DNA of 63,365 nt, filler included, from Octopus bimaculoides (GCF_001194135.2; 8 parts of 6 records of this genome joined end to end with filler, not necessarily neighbours in it); one strand, 5' to 3'. Counted from the whole stretch's first letter, positions 37,771-51,674 are shown. Numbers and translations: made by a program. The notes: generated by a model not told the origin, from the sequence alone.

Positions 37771-38166
37771 TATGTGTGTGTATGTATGTACCTGTGTGTG
37801 TGTATATATGGAGAGAATTTACAACCCCCCCCCCGAAAANNNNNNNNNNCAAAGAAATGTAACGTTTCTGCTTGGCTCTCCATCATTATTTTTCGGAAAT
37901 TTCATAAACAAAAGAGGAAAATTGTAGAGGAAGAATAGAAATACAAAAATAAATTACTGAGATCAAAATATTTCTCACATTCATATAACATTGGAAAGAA
38001 AGGAAGTTATCTGACAATATAATTTATGTATGTGTGTGTATGTATGTACCTGTGTGTGTGTATATATGGAGAGAATTTACAACCCCCCCCCCGAAAAAAA
38101 AGTCAAAGACAGGTGGTGTAGACAACAGACAGATGTATTAGTTTAACGCTCGGGAAGTGAAAAAGT

Positions 38167-38202
38167 CTTTCACGTTTCGAGTCTACGCTCTTCCACAGAA
38201 AG
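38167..38202 (-). other. Degenerate hammerhead-like motif in a PLE-type terminal repeat
   Basis: CTTT CTGTGGA A GAGCGTAGACTC GAAACGT G AAAG. A6 is altered and position 17 is G. Confidence 0.4.
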
Positions 38203-39046
38203 GAACACGGAATGTATGTGTGTAAGTATGTATAATCATGCATGTATGTATGTAGGCGTGTATGTATATATGTTGGTGTGTTTATGTCCCTGTAACTTAG
38301 CAGTTCAGCAAAACACAGCGATAGAGTAGGTACCAAGCTTGCAGTGAATAAGCCTTCAGGTCGATGTGTTCAAGTAAAGGTGGTGTTCCAGCATGGCCGC
38401 AGTCAAATTACTGAAACATGTAAAAGTAAAAGAAAATATATATGCCTCTATTGCATGACTACAGATGTGTAAACTTCTCAACTTTGTTGCCTCATAACTT
38501 CCAGAAAAATTGTGATTTGGAACTATTCCATTTTGACGGGGAAATTCTTTCCAATTTTAAATCACAGCCTCCGAAAAGATGGGTTGGAGTTGGGTCGTAC
38601 TTTTATGAAAAGATATTTTGAAATGTGTTACAATACGCCCCACCATCCCTCATCATCCCACTCGGGACCAATTTTGGCTATTGTTTTGCATATCAAAATC
38701 ATGGGAGATACCTTTTTGGTAAAAAAGAAAGTATTAAAAATATTGTCAATATTTTTAGACAAAAAAATGAGCGATTTAAGGTAGATCTGGCTGTTGTATG
38801 TAGCACATCCCAAGACAACCCTCCTCGTTAATATCTTTTATTTAATTGAAAAATTATGATTTTTTTCCAACCCCATTGCCTGTCCCGAATGTTTCTATTT
38901 GTAATTAAAAATATTGGAAATCCTGAGAAGGTCATTTCTGGCATTTATCCCCAGGAATTAAAAAAAGTGGTATGTAAGCGATAATTCATTTTAATAATAT
39001 ACTTTTCTGTTAGAAAATGTTTTTCTTACACCCACGGCTTCGTTTG

Positions 39047-39084
<38 letters not shown>

Positions 39085-39914
39085 ACTAGCTGGTGATTGT
39101 CTCACACTGAGGACGGATAACATCCAGAAACTTAGGGTTGTAAGGAACATGTAAGTTTAGAGATGGGAGCGATGACCTCCCTTGCAAATGCTATATAGGG
39201 ATACAGACTGTGTGTCATTAGCCAGCTGGAAAAGATGTTTTCCTGGGGCTAAAACAACAGTAACATCGTCCTTTACAGAACTGCCACGTTATGTTGCTAT
39301 ATAGACATTACTATATNNNNNNNNNNNNNNNNNNNNNNNNNNNNNNNNNNNNNNNNNNNNNNNNNNNNNNNNNNNNNNNNNNNNNNNNNNNNNNNNNNNN
39401 NNNNNNNNNNNNNNNNNNNNNNNNNNNNNNNNNNNNNNNNNNNNNNNNNNNNNNNNNNNNNNNNNNNNNNNNNNNNNNNNNNNNNNNNNNNNNNNNNNNN
39501 NNNNNNNNNNNNNNNNNNNNNNNNNNNNNNNNNNNNNNNNNNNNNNNNNNNNNNNNNNNNNNNNNNNNNNNNNNNNNNNNNNNNNNNNNNNNNNNNNNNN
39601 NNNNNNNNNNNNNNNNNNNNNNNNNNNNNNNNNNNNNNNNNNNNNNNNNNNNNNNNNNNNNNNNNNNNNNNNNNNNNNNNNNNNNNNNNNNNNNNNNNNN
39701 NNNNNNNNNNNNNNNNNNNNNNNNNNNNNNNNNNNNNNNNNNNNNNNNNNNNNNNNNNNNNNNNNNNNNNNNNNNNNNNNNNNNNNNNNNNNNNNNNNNN
39801 NNNNNNNNNNNNNNNNNNNNNNNNNNNNNNNNNNNNNNNNNNTTGGAAATAATTATATATTTAATGTAAATACAGTAAATCATTGTCTCGGACATTTATA
39901 TCTTTTACTCTCAG

Positions 39915-39963
39915 GAATCAACCTGAAGCTGTAGCAACTTTATTAAAAGAAGCGACCATTCAG
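39915..39963 (+). CDS. Ankyrin-repeat protein, 49-nt linking exon (phase 2 to phase 0)
   Basis: Acceptor ttttactctcag|, donor |gttagt. Completes the split codon AT|G and reads (M)NQPEAVATLLKEATIQ. It is exactly the phase needed to join the two 155-nt exons and supplies helix 2 of the repeat. Confidence 0.85.
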
Positions 39964-40289
39964 GTTAGTGACTATATATATATATATATATCTGTGTATG
40001 TGTGTGTGTATATACATAAATTGTGTGTATGTATATACAATGTAAATTCTGATGAGTGTATGTTTATGCCCTAATCAATTCTTTTGTTTTTTTTATTCAT
40101 ATTAAATTCCCAAATATTCCTAATTTACTCCTAAAGAGTTTTCTAGAAATTTCCATAAAAATTTATCGGTTTTTCTGAAAATTATGAGGAAACAAAGTCG
40201 ACTCAGACAAAGTTTTACTAAACTCTTCTCCTGACCTTCGGGGCACACTTATATAGGTATGTATATATAATGTATGTATAATGTATGTA

Positions 40290-40630
40290 TCTTGTATATG
40301 CGTGGTTGTGTAGTAAGTAGCTTGATTCCCAACCATATGGTTCTTGTTTCGGTCCTACGGCGTGGCAGGTGTCTTCTACTATTGTCCCGAGTCAACCAAA
40401 GCCTTATGAGTGAATATGGTAGGAGGAAACTGAAAGAAACCCGTCCTATATATATGTATGTGTAGTTTTTTGTGTCTGTCCCTCCACCATCACTTTGCAA
40501 CCGAATTTGGTGTGTTTACGTCCCCGTAACGTAGCGGTCCAACAACAGAGACTGATTTATAAGTACTTGGCTTACAAAGAATAAGTCCTGGGGTCGATAT
40601 CTTCGAATAAAAGGTGCTGCTCCAGTATGG
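40290..40630 (+). mobile_element. tRNA-derived SINE, family A
   Basis: Same head and tail motifs. Confidence 0.85.
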
Positions 40631-41624
40631 CTACAGTCCAACTGATTCCTAACTCTCTGATGTTTCCTATATTTAGTGAAAGTTATTGATTTTATATGAG
40701 GTTATGTATATATGAAACACAAAGAATATGTAACTGAGTTTGGCTGAAGCCATGTATTAAAGGCTGGATCAATACCGAAAGCAAAGTGATGATGCACCAA
40801 ATATTCACTTATTAGGGGTCGATTTTTAGAAAATTTCATTAAAAAATATTTATTTTAAAAAGATTCAGGAGTAACATATAACCATATATATATATATACT
40901 ATAAAAGGCAGATTTTCTCTGTGTGTGTGTATGTTTAAAATTCATACAATTACAAAATTCCAAATTTCTTCGATTAAACAATCGCAATTAATATTCTAAA
41001 TACAATAAGTTATGTCACTGCGTCATTTTTTCACTCCAAAAAATTCCGAATAGCGAATAAAATCCTTAAAACTACACAAGTATACATTTTCTCCCTAATA
41101 AAATCTAATTTCGTCTTTCTAATACAAATCCTTTCAACTCCTACTTTCTCTTAATGAGCCTTTACGAAAAATACAACAACAAATACAAAAATAAAGAAAA
41201 CTATTTCAGTATCAAATCACATTTCGATACTGTAATGACAGATACTAAAAGTACATACAAAATTACTTTGACCCTTTAAAATTAACTATTTCTATTCCTC
41301 TTACACATCGTTTCAATTGCTACTTTCTGTTATGAACGTTTACGAATGATCCAAGAAAAAAGACAAAGAAATGAAGGAGAGTGAGAGTCAAATAAACAGA
41401 CACACTACCAATCATACGTAAATACACACATATATATGTACCTATGGTTACCAATGACCTCATTCTAATTTGGCGGGAATTGTAAGTTTACTTTCCATTT
41501 CTAACACCGTCATTTACCAGCGAGACATCTTTCTCAAATACGATCAACAAACATTTATTCCCTACAAACTGTGAGTTTTTTTGAAAATCTTTTCGTAAAT
41601 CTTGAGATTAACACCCCCATCATT

Positions 41625-42034
41625 ACCTACCTAACTCTAACACTGTAGTGAAAATCGTGCGGGTATTAATCTGAAAATTTAACAATCTTTTTCAAAACAC
41701 TTTTACTTACTAACATCTATTTCATTTAGTATGTGTGTTGCCCATATATATATACACTTAAGACTTAGTTGTGGGTTGGGAGTTTGATCTGCAGAGGTCA
41801 TTATTATTATTATTCAGATTAACACCCGCACGATTTTCACTAGGGTGTTAGGGTTACGGTTTTTGGGTCAGGGTTACGATGAGGGTTAGTCTTACGGTTA
41901 CGGTTTTAGGGTTAGGATTACGTAATCGTGCGGGTGTTAATCTGAATAATAATAATAATGACCTCTGCAGATCAAACTCCCAACCCACAACTAAGTCTTA
42001 AGTGTATATATATATGGGCAACACACATACTAAA
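41625..42034. repeat. Nested inverted repeats around a TTAGGG-like spacer
   Basis: Arms 41725-41835 and 41924-42034 are inverted copies (no mismatch found by eye). The spacer is degenerate gggtta/cggtta repeats. An older inverted copy lies at about 41625-41675. Confidence 0.85.
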
Positions 42035-42968
42035 NNNNNNNNNNNNNNNNNNNNNNNNNNNNNNNNNNNNNNNNNNNNNNNNNNNNNNNNNNNNNNNNNN
42101 NNNNNNNNNNNNNNNNNNNNNNNNNNNNNNNNNNNNNNNNNNNNNNNNNNNNNNNNNNNNNNNNNNNNNNNNNNNNNNNNNNNNNNNNNNNNNNNNNNNN
42201 NNNNNNNNNNNNNNNNNNNNNNNNNNNNNNNNNNNNNNNNNNNNNNNNNNNNNNNNNNNNNNNNNNNNNNNNNNNNNNNNNATATATATATATATATATA
42301 AAATCAATATAATCAAAATAATCAACAACGATATCCAGAGGAAATGCAGTACAATTGTTTCATGCAACTCTGTTTAATTGAACAACATAATCATTGCATC
42401 AATTTCAAATGCAGAGCAAGCCTCAGCTGCACAAAGACAGAATTTAATTAAGTAAGAACAGATGGACACATTAGTATAATTATACCTAAAATCTCCAACA
42501 AGTTAAGGAAATAGACAAAGAACAGACTGTCTCACTCCAGTTTAGAAGAAGATATACATTGTTACAGACTCTGCTTGTCATTGATTTTATTGTCTTTATG
42601 GAGTCAGTTTTGATTTATAGACTAGTTTATCAAATCCCTTATATATGTAAGGCTAAGAGAACAAAGAGCAGTATCTGTTAGGGGTAGAGCTGAGGGAGCA
42701 GGCAGACATCATAGTTGGTATAGTCATAAAAATCGAGATTTATTAGAAGCAATATCATGAAGTATTGTAAAGGAAGACTTAAAGCAAGATGTTGGCTGAT
42801 AATTAAGGGCCTCGCCCACTAGCAGACCATTGATAATGAAACAGGGAAAGTCTTATCATGTAGTACTATAGTTAAATATTTTAAACAATGATGCTTGCAG
42901 TTATATCTATATATATATAGAGAGAGGAGTTCAGCACTATTACTGGATAATTTCTGGATTATATATAT

Positions 42969-43038
<70 letters not shown>

Positions 43039-43059
43039 ATGGATGTATATATATATATA

Positions 43060-43320
43060 TATATATGCAGATTGTCAATCCAAACATGAACAAGCAAGAA
43101 AAGACAACAACGCGAGGATGTGGAATAAGTACAGTGTTATTGGACGCTCAGAAAAGGAAAGAAAAGAAAGAGGATTTCACGTTTCGAGCGGAGCTCTTCA
43201 TCAGAAATATAGAAAAGTCCAAAGAAGGGAAGACAGAGAAAGAAAATCGCCAATGATACACATGCGGTCACATATTGAAATGACCGGAAGGGAAAGGGTG
43301 AAGAAAAGTTCTTTTCAAAG
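43060..43320 (-). mobile_element. PLE-type terminal fragment with hammerhead-like motif at 43174-43208
   Basis: ATTT CTGATGA A GAGC TCC GCTC GAAACGT G AAAT. Confidence 0.6.
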
Positions 43321-43339
43321 ACAGCAGAGTGCAAGAGAA

Positions 43340-44730
43340 GGAGGTATGTGTGTATGTGCATGCACGCAAGTGTGTGTGTGCGCGTGTAATGATAGCACGT
43401 GTGTGTGTGTGTGCATGTGTAATGATATCACGTGTGTGTGTGTATGGTTGTGGCTTTTTATGTATGTGTGTGGATGGACATAGTATCGTTTAAGGTCGTA
43501 GGAAGAATTTTGGTAGGATTGGCTGCCTGTTGTGTGTCTACCTACACAGGTGCATAGGAGATTGGTCAGTAGAAAGGTACTGGTAGTTTGAAGTATGTGT
43601 GTGTGCGTATATGTATATGTAGTGTGTGTGTGTTTTGTTTGCAGTGTGCGTGTGTGTATGTATGTTTGTGTGTGCACGTGTGGGTATGTGTGTACGCGTG
43701 CGGTTGTGTGTGTGGAGTAATTGTACTTTAGTGTGTGTGTGTGTGTGTGCTTGTATGTGCATGTGTGTGTTCATGTGTGTATAAGTGTGTGAATATATGT
43801 ATGAGTGTACGCTGTGTGTGTATGGGAGGTATGTGTGGGTTCAATTGCGTGTGCGTGTATGTGTGTGTCTGTATATGTGTGTGTGCGTGTGTCCATGTGT
43901 CCACGTGTGTGCATGTGCGTGTGTATTTTGTATTAGTGCATGTCTATGCGTGTGTTTATGTGTGTTTGTGCATGTGTGTGTGAACGAGGGGTTGTGTAGG
44001 GGGTAAAAGTGCATTTTTTGCGTCTGTATGTGTGTATAGTTGTGTGGGCGTGTGTATGTGTGTGCGTATGACGTTGTGTATACGTGTATGCGTGAGATTC
44101 TGAGTGTTAGGTATGCGTGCATATGTGCGTGCTTGCGCACGCTCGTGTGTGCGTGTATGTGTATGTGTCTGTATGTGTATGCGTTTGTGTATGTGTGTGC
44201 GCGTGTATGTATATATTGTGAGTATGTATATGTATGTGTGTGTATGTGAATTTGTGTATGCGTGTGTACCTGGGTTGTGTGTGGGCTTTGTGTAGGCGTA
44301 TACGTGAGTACTTGTGAGTATGTGCATGTGTGCGTTTACGTACGTGTGTGCACATATGTGCATGTGTGTTTGTGCCCATATGTGTGTAATTGTGTGCGTG
44401 TGTGCATGTATGTGCGTGTGTGTTTGTGCCCATATGTGTGTAATTGTGTACGTGTCTGCATGTGTATTGTGTGTTTTGGAGGTATATGTGCGTACATGTG
44501 CTAGTGTGTGTATGTATGTGTATGTGCGTGTACGTATGTGTATGCACGTGTATGTGTGTATGTGCGTGTGTGTGTATGTGCGTGTGTGCATGTGTGTATG
44601 TGCGTGTGTGTATATTTCTGTGTGAACGTGTCGGGTTATGTGTCCATTTTGTTGCGTGTATGCGCGTGTGCTTGAGTATGTATGTGTTTGTGGTTTTGTG
44701 TACGTGTGTATGTTTGTGTGTGTGTGTGGG
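43340..44730 (+). repeat. Cryptically simple (TG/TA)-rich alternating purine-pyrimidine tract
   Basis: Degenerate TG dinucleotide mosaic. A similar tract lies at 2110-2800. Confidence 0.9.
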
Positions 44731-45110
44731 AGCAGGAGTGGCTGTGTGTTAAGTAGCTTGCTTACCAGCCACATGATCCCGGGTTCAGTCCCACTGCGTG
44801 GCACGTTGGGCAAGTGTCTTCTACTATAACCTCAGGCTGACCAAACCTTGTGAGTGGATATGGTAGACGGAAACTAAAAGAATCCCGTCGTATATGTGTG
44901 TGTGTGTAGGTGTGTGTGTTTCTGGGTCTATCTTTGTCCCCCCACCCAACATCGCTTGACAAATGCCGCTGGTGTGTTTACGTCCTTGTAACTTAGCAGT
45001 TTGCCAAAAGAAACTGATAAAATAAGTACTAGGCTTACTAGGATCGATTTGCTCCAGCATGGCCACAATGAAATGAGTGAAACAAATGAAAGAATAAAAG
45101 AATAAATGTA
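44730..45110 (+). mobile_element. tRNA-derived SINE, family A
   Basis: Same head and tail motifs. Confidence 0.88.
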
Positions 45111-45399
45111 AGAATGAACACACACACACGCGAACACACATGNNNNNNNNNNNNNNNNNNNNNNNNNNNNNNNNNNNNNNNNNNNNNNNNNNNNNNNNNN
45201 NNNNNNNNNNNNNNNNNNNNNNNNNNNNNNNNNNNNNNNNNNNNNNNNNNNNNNNNNNNNNNNNNNNNNNNNNNNNNNNNNNNNNNNNNNNNNNNNNNNN
45301 NNNNNNNNNNNNNNNNNNNNNNNNNNNNNNNNNNNNNNNNNNNNNNNNNNNNNNNNNNNNNNNNNNNNNNNNNNNNNNNNNNNNNNNNNNNNNNNNNNN

Positions 45400-45472
<73 letters not shown>

Positions 45473-45730
45473 ACATACACACACATATAAATATATATAT
45501 ATATCTGTGTATATATATATAAATATATTTATATGTAAATATGTGTGTATACACGTGTGTATAAATACAATAGAAATCTCCCTTAATTACTCCCCACCCC
45601 AATCATTCCACCTTTTTTAATTAATTTGATTCCTTCTCTTCTCTTTTTCTTTGAGTTTTTCTTTTAATCTTTCACCCCCACTCCCCCTTTCACACACCAT
45701 CTTTAATGTTTTTATTCTTTTCTTTTCCAG

Positions 45731-45885
45731 GTGAATCTACGAGATAACTGTGGTCGTACACCTCTACACTTGGCCTGTTCCCGTGGATACACAGACACAG
45801 TTAGCTTCTTATTGAAACACATTGGCATCGAGCCCAATGCGGTGGACAAAAATGGTGACACTCCTCTACATTTGGCAGTTAGAAA
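45731..45885 (+). CDS. Ankyrin-repeat protein, coding exon (155 nt, phase 0 to phase 2)
   Basis: Acceptor tcttttccag|, donor |gtaagt. Translates VNLRDNCGRTPLHLACSRGYTDTVSFLLKHIGIEPNAVDKNGDTPLHLAVR, with two TPLH motifs. Confidence 0.92.
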
Positions 45886-46332
45886 GTAAGTCCCCATTGG
45901 ATCTGGAATATCCAAATCTGTTTCTTTTATGTTTTCAATAATGTTTGTTTCCTTTTCATTGAGTCATTCATGTCATAATCCCACCATGGGGTCATTGTCT
46001 TTCTTCTCTTTTTCACACAGAAATGACACTGTAATCTGCTTCATTAATTAATCATCACCATAATTGTTATTGTTGTTGCCTGACTGGACTCTTTACTTCA
46101 TCTCATCTTCCATTACCTCAACGTTACAGGTTCAAATCCTCTCCCTTCTNNNNNNNNNNNNNNNNNNNNNNNNNNNNNNNNNNNNNNNNNNNNTTAATTA
46201 ATTAANNNNNNNNNNNNNNNNNNNNNNNNNNNNNNNNNNNNNNNNNNNNTACATATAAATATATATATATGTATACATGTATATATGTGTGTGTGTATGT
46301 GTGTATATGAATACACACACACACACACACAT

Positions 46333-46364
<32 letters not shown>

Positions 46365-46619
46365 GCATGCGTAATTGATTTGTATAGCAACGTGATTAAG
46401 ATATGTTCAGAGAAATATCTGCCGTATCAACACATGTACACATCCACACATGCATATATTTGTAAATATGTGTTTCAATACGTGGGTGTGTGTGTGTGTG
46501 TGTGTGTGATCGTGTGCTTCTGTGTATGCATATCTGGATAATTATGTTCCCGGAACTCCAATTATTACACAAATCTATATCAATTTCTCCCGTTCATTTT
46601 ACCTCCCACTCTGTCTGTC

Positions 46620-46691
<72 letters not shown>

Positions 46692-47087
46692 NNNNNNNNN
46701 NNNNNNNNNNNNNNNNNNNNNNNNNNNNNNNNNNNNNNNNNNNNNNNNNNNNNNNNNNNNNNNNNNNNNNNNNNNNNNNNNNNNNNNNNNNNNNNNNTAT
46801 CTATCTATCTATCTATCTATCTCTATCTCTCTCCCTCCCTCCCTCCCTCTTTCATCCTCCCCTTATCGTCACTTTTATTCCCTTCCTCCTGATCAATATC
46901 TTTCTCTTTTATTCTTTAATGCTTTCACATCTCTCCCTCTCTATATATGTATCAGATTTTGTTTTGAGTACAATTACTTCCTTGTTTAAAGTTCTAACTT
47001 TTTCAGTCGTCTGTACTGACGTATCATTCCTTAATTTATATACGTGTATGTATATGTGTGCATGGTTGATATGACAGATAGATATGC

Positions 47088-47125
<38 letters not shown>

Positions 47126-48699
47126 ACATATATATATGCATATCTATCTATATATATATATTTCTTTTATTTTTTATTTGTTTCACTCCTTTGAGTGCGG
47201 CCCAGCTGGAGCACCGCCTTTAGGCTCAATAATTGGGTTTTGCGTGTGTGTGTGTGTGGGGGGCGTGTGTGTGTGTCTTCCCACTTATATGTGTGTTTGT
47301 GTATATATGTGTGCGCATGTATGTATGTGTGCGCTGTCTGAATAGATATTGCATTATTAACTGATTATCTACCCTTCGCTTCGGGGGTTGTATATTTGTC
47401 TTTGTTTTATTTATATATTCATTTATTTATTTATTTATTTATTTGTGTATTTGTTTGTTTATTTATTTATTTTTTAATCTCTTTATATTGTCTCTTTTCT
47501 TTTTCTAACTCGTACCACCTTCCCACTTAACTTACCATTGTCTTGTCTCAAATATTCACTTCACGTCTTCTGAAAACGAAGAATTGCCTTCCCTCTCTCC
47601 TTCTTTCCTTCCTTCCTTCCTTTTTCTTTCTTTTCTTCCTTTCTTTCCTCCTCCCACATTTAGACAGCAGAAGTTATTTTGTTAGGTGAATCAGTTTAAT
47701 AATGTCTGTTGCACACCCAGCATCAATAAACGAGGCAGAAAAAAAAATAAATACCAAAAAAAATTAAAATATCTGAACCAGAACTTGTTATCAAAGACAG
47801 CATTTTCTTTTCTCTAGTCTACCATAATCATATATTTTGAAACTTAACATAACACCATCCCCGTCTCCATCTTCACTGAACCATCTTCAAAATCCTGCTG
47901 GGTGCACTGTCACAGAGACGTTGTGTTTCGTTTGGTTTTGTTTTATTCTATGTCTCTTTTGTCTAGCCTGTGACTGTTGTTGACTTTGTTTTTCTTGTTG
48001 CTGCTACTGCTGCTGTTGTTGCTGTTGTTGTTACTATCGTTGTCTTTGTTTTTTCTTGTTGGTTTTTGTTCTTCATCTTCTTCATCTTCGTTTTATTCTC
48101 TTAAGCCTTCTCTTTCTTCTTTGTCGTAATTCTTCAAACATATTTTACTATTTTAGCTATCTCCTTCTTTCTTTCTTTCTTTCTTTCTTTCTTTTTACTC
48201 TTCTCCTTCTCCATCCTTCTCTTTTCCTTTCTCTTTTCTTCATTTCTCCTACTTCAGTCTCTTCAAATACTTCGTTTCGTCCTTCCATCTTTTTCTATTC
48301 CTTTTATTTGTACTTGTTCACCTTTTCCTTTTTCACCTTCATAGACTCTCTTCTTTCGGCTTATACACACTCCCCTTCCACTTATCGTCATCATTATATC
48401 ATCATCAACATCATCCTCGCGAAAATAGCAAGAGCGGATGGAACCTCTCTAAGTATAGACCTGTGAGTCGGAGGAAGGGAATTGAAGAGGACACTTGCCC
48501 TTTCCAATGAGGTTCCTCGATTATCCCTAGAAGTCCTCCTATATCAGGAGGACTACATCACTATCACCGCGCCTTGTTTTTACCTTTGTATGCTATGTAT
48601 ATTTCCCTTCCTTTTCATCCTTTTCATTGTATACGTCTATACTTACTCCCTTTTTTCGCCCTAGTAGAAAATAAATGAAATCATTATTATTGTCATCAT

Positions 48700-48900
48700 T
48701 ACAAGTCAGCGAACTGGTAGAATCATTACCGCGCCGGACAAAATGCTTAGCGATATTTCGTTCATGTTTTCGTTCTAAGTTCAAATTCCGCCGAGGTCGA
48801 CTTTCGGGGGCCGATAAAATAGTACCAGTTCAGTACTGGTGTCAATGTAATCGACTATTCCCCTCCCCTTAATTTCAGGCCTTGTGCCTATATAAGAAAG
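48700..48900 (+). mobile_element. tRNA-derived SINE, family B
   Basis: gaactggtagaatc..aagttcaaattccgccgaggtcgacttt..ggggccgataaaatagtaccag. A partial copy lies near 27550-27620. Confidence 0.75.
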
Positions 48901-49749
48901 GATTACTATTATCATTGTTATTCACGGTTTCTGGGAAATACCAACAGTTATTCTGCATTAAAAAAGAGTTCAGTACATCACGAAAGTTAGACAGTACAGA
49001 TAGCTTAGTCGTGATGAATAGCCGGTTTGTTTCTTCCTATCTGACGTAGGTTTTAGCTTTTGTTTGCCCACCCACTCTGCCTGCATTTGTTTATCACTGT
49101 CAGAGATAGTTTATTACAATCGTTTAATTGTGCACCGAGCGCTGTTCAACGTAAGTTAGAAAGAGAAACTATTTCTGAACAGTTGAAATATATTTTCTCT
49201 TGTTTTTACTGTTTTCAGCACCTAAAAACCAGGGCGTAAACAAAAGTTGGGCGACAGATTTAATCTATCATTCATAAAGTCAGAAACACATTACAACACT
49301 CAAACCCGATAATTCATGGTCCTGGACAGAAGATTTATTTCTGGAACACGAAACATTGAAAAGAAAAGTTGACTTCATAGTGATTTGAACTCAAAGCGCT
49401 GACATCCAAAAAGTTTATCACAAACCAATCGTTCCAGCGCTCTAACTTCGGATTGTTCATTTCGGTAGTTATTATCAGTGTATTTTGGCGATTTAAATAA
49501 GAGTTTTTAGTGTTATTTCCAGCAGGTAGACATACCTAGTATGTCCTTTGAGTAATTTTAATGCTTCAGCTATTTAATGGATTTTTGGTGCCTGCAATCG
49601 CCTATATTATTGATTCTACTATTATCATTTTTAAATTGTTACACTAGATAATAACAGAGTCAATGGTATCTTCGGAAATAATTTTTTCGTGAACTATTTT
49701 TTCTCGTGAATTATTTGCTCCGTATCGAAATTATATATATACATATATG

Positions 49750-49783
<34 letters not shown>

Positions 49784-49883
49784 NNNNNNNNNNNNNNNNN
49801 NNNNNNNNNNNNNNNNNNNNNNNNNNNTTAATTAATTAANNNNNNNNNNNNNNNNNNNNNNNNNNNNNNNNNNNNNNNNNNNN

Positions 49884-49940
<57 letters not shown>

Positions 49941-50399
49941 CTGTGTATGTATGTATGTATATATTCACAGAAACCTGTATGTATACGAGTGTGTGTATGT
50001 GTATGCATACATAATACATACATCGACAAAGATAGCATCTTCTGGAACCGTAAGTGCAGAGTGAGAGACGCCTTTAAACAATGAACCGATGTATTTTATA
50101 AGTTTTTTTTGTATAGCAAAGCAAACAAAACATATTCAACACGACAACAGCTTAAAAATATAATACTAACTACGCCACAAATATAGTCAAACTGAGGAGA
50201 AAAAAAATTGAAGAAAAACCTCGAACACAAAACAGTAGCGAAACACAACAAAACTAAATTGAAACATGTGTTAAGAAGTTCGCTTGTCAGCGGCATGTTT
50301 CCTGGTTCAGTCCAATTTTGTGAAACCTTAAGCAAGTGTTTCTAGTATAACCATGGGCTTGTGTATGGATTTGATAAACAGAAACTGAAAGAAGCCGGT

Positions 50400-50443
<44 letters not shown>

Positions 50444-51674
50444 NNNNNNNNNNNNNNNNNNNNNNNNNNNNNNNNNNNNNNNNNNNNNNNNNNNNNNNNN
50501 NNNNNNNNNNNNNNNNNNNNNNNNNNNNNNNNNNNNNNNNNNNNNNNNNNNNNNNNNNNNNNNNNNNNNNNNNNNNNNNNNNNNNNNNNNNNNNNNNNNN
50601 NNNNNNNNNNNNNNNNNNNNNNNNNNNNNNNNNNNNNNNNNNNNNNNNNNNNNNNNNNNNNNNNNNNNNNNNNNNNNNNNNNNNNNNNNNNNNNNNNNNN
50701 NNNNNNNNNNNNNNNNNNNNNNNNNNNNNNNNNNNNNNNNNNNNNNNNNNNNNNNNNNNNNNNNNNNNNNNNNNNNNNNNNNNNNNNNNNNNNNNNNNNN
50801 NNNNNNNNNNNNNNNNNNNNNNNNNNNNNNNNNNNNNNNNNNNNNNNNNNNNNNNNNNNNNNNNNNNNNNNNNNNNNNNNNNNNNNNNNNNNNNNNNNNN
50901 NNNNNNNNNNNNNNNNNNNNNNNNNNNNNNNNNNNNNNNNNNNNNNNNNNNNNNNNNNNNNNNNNNNNNNNNNNNNNNNNNNNNNNNNNNNNNNNNNNNN
51001 NNNNNNNNNNNNNNNNNNNNNNNNNNNNNNNNNNNNNNNNNNNNNNNNNNNNNNNNNNNNNNNNNNNNNNNNNNNNNNNNNNNNNNNNNNNNNNNNNNNN
51101 NNNNNNNNNNNNNNNNNNNNNNNNNNNNNNNNNNNNNNNNNNNNNNNNNNNNNNNNNNNNNNNNNNNNNNNNNNNNNNNNNNNNNNNNNNNNNNNCAGTC
51201 TGGCCAGCCCCAAGGAAAAACTAAGCTAAGAGCACTAGATTCCTTGGAAGAAAGCAACGAATGTATACGAAAACAAGGACGGAAAAAAAACGGAGAAATG
51301 TTACACAAATACAAATGCCAATAACAGGACATTAACAACAGATGTCTTTCGACTAAGGACGAATTAAATTAAGCTGGCGTGTGTGGAAGTGAAGCCTTAC
51401 GGCAGGGACATAAGAGATAACAGGCATGGGGAGGAATATAGATGTTGCATGAATGGTAGTCGAACCAAGAAAGAAAGGTCAGGCTTGGCCAAACACCGGT
51501 CACGTGGAGAGAGAGGAGAGAGCTAGAGGCAGAGGGACAGAAGAATTGGGGAGGGACGAGAAAAAAGAAAAGGGACAAAGTGAAGTGAAAGAGGAGGGAA
51601 GGTGAGATGGGTCACAGACACCCCCCACACACATACACATTCACACACACACACGCACACACATAGATACATGC

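Noticed and set aside
37592-38097. Approximately 248-bp direct duplication (37592-37839 and 37850-38097)
   Set aside because: Identical copies separated by 10 Ns indicate an unmerged contig overlap.
39101-39144. Hammerhead-like CTGAGGA C GGAT..ATCC A GAAAC
   Set aside because: Stem I and an NUH triplet cannot be satisfied together. At best a decayed copy, though it shows the same C-A 10.1-11.1 pattern.
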